Origin: Patescibacteria group bacterium
Lineage (GTDB): Bacteria > Patescibacteriota > Minisyncoccia > Phycocordibacterales > SBAW01
DNA: 64,000 bases
Direction of reading: 5' to 3'
NCBI GenBank assembly: GCA_016176685.1
Contig: JACOWS010000002.1
Span: forward strand, 30,608 to 94,607
Shown here one piece after another: positions 63,732 through 64,000 of the stretch. The position numbers and the translations under genes were made by a program. The notes beneath the pieces were generated by a model that saw only the letters and a program-made list of their open reading frames with translations, made no database searches and had not been told where the DNA came from. Positions within the stretch are counted from its first letter, which is position 1. Each line of letters begins with the position of its first letter.

Positions 63732-63747
63732 ACTCACCGACCAAAAG

Positions 63748-63903
63748 CTACTTTTTGTTGCCCAAAATCTTAAACATCTTGGTGCTACAGGTTGCACAGG
63801 TGCCAGACATAGCGCGACGGCCCCCCTTCATCTCAACTTCTTTTGGGTCAACCATTTCCTTCTTCTCGCGGCACTTAACACAATATGCAATTTCCTTTTC
63901 CAT
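63748..63903 (-). CDS. Small zinc-ribbon protein (51 aa; two CxxC pairs)
   Basis: 'MEKEIAYCVKCREKKEMVDPKEVEMKGGRRAMSGTCATCSTKMFKILGNKK'; below the ORF-track length cutoff. Confidence 0.5.
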   Translation of the reverse strand: MEKEIAYCVKCREKKEMVDPKEVEMKGGRRAMSGTCATCSTKMFKILGNKK

Positions 63904-64000
63904 ATCGTTACGTTAGTAGTACGTACAAATTAATAAAATAAGCCTCCTCTTCTATTCTATGGCTAAAATAGGCATATAAGAAGAGTGGTGGGGACAACCC

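Noticed and set aside
63408-63747. tmRNA or RNase P RNA in the 340-bp ORF-free segment
   Set aside because: There is no 5' GGGG / 3' CCACCA tRNA-like pairing and no resume-codon tag reading frame ending in a hydrophobic tail. The P4 blocks AAAGTCCGGGC / ACAGAACCCGGCTTA are only partially mimicked (ACAGAAGAACCCCCGG). I therefore left it as an unclassified candidate.
1-64000. Search for CRISPR arrays, a retron (RT plus msr/msd) or a DGR
   Set aside because: There are no regularly spaced direct repeats with unique spacers. No reverse transcriptase, Cas, integrase or transposase ORF was found anywhere in the window. The repeated elements present are palindromic hairpins, not arrays.

Overview
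This is a 64 kb bacterial window of about 55-60% GC, densely packed with housekeeping genes. They cover cell-envelope biogenesis and division (scpAB, dacA-like, mraY, ftsW, murG, mraZ-rsmH-ftsL-ftsI-murF, mrdA-mreDCB, a second mreB, murA), translation (fragments or genes for AspRS, GluRS, CysRS, ProRS, a class I LysRS, L27, L9, L21, Frr, HPF, def-fmt) and replication/repair (dnaB, recR, rarA, rmuC, holB-like, nth, mpg). There are three tRNAs: Pro-GGG, Glu-CTC, and a tRNA-Asn-GUU interrupted by a group I intron. The gene complement (class I LysRS, archaeal-type Asp/AsnRS, Fe-S-free Nth, compact genes) suggests a reduced, possibly CPR-like bacterium; that is inference only.

The most unusual content is several families of small hairpin elements whose roughly 27-nt apical loop is conserved while the perfectly paired stems differ from copy to copy. 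Family 1 has six copies in the window. One of them sits in-frame inside the mpg coding sequence, and two others supply the C-terminal codons and stop codons of neighbouring genes. A second family has two copies, and a third family has a copy inserted in-frame in tspO.

Downstream of the intron-containing tRNA-Asn there is a compositionally mosaic accessory region. It carries a 19-bp duplicate of the tRNA 3' end (att-like) and cargo genes (DUF305, DUF2726, TspO, a SAM methyltransferase, GC-rich hypothetical ORFs). No integrase lies within the window.

Other notable items are a GC-rich two-gene cassette with a consensus promoter flanked by palindromes, two candidate small RNAs bounded by strong terminators, a homopolymer frameshift in lysK, a truncated PEBP-family remnant, and a cluster of hypothetical genes at 13.1-17.0 kb.
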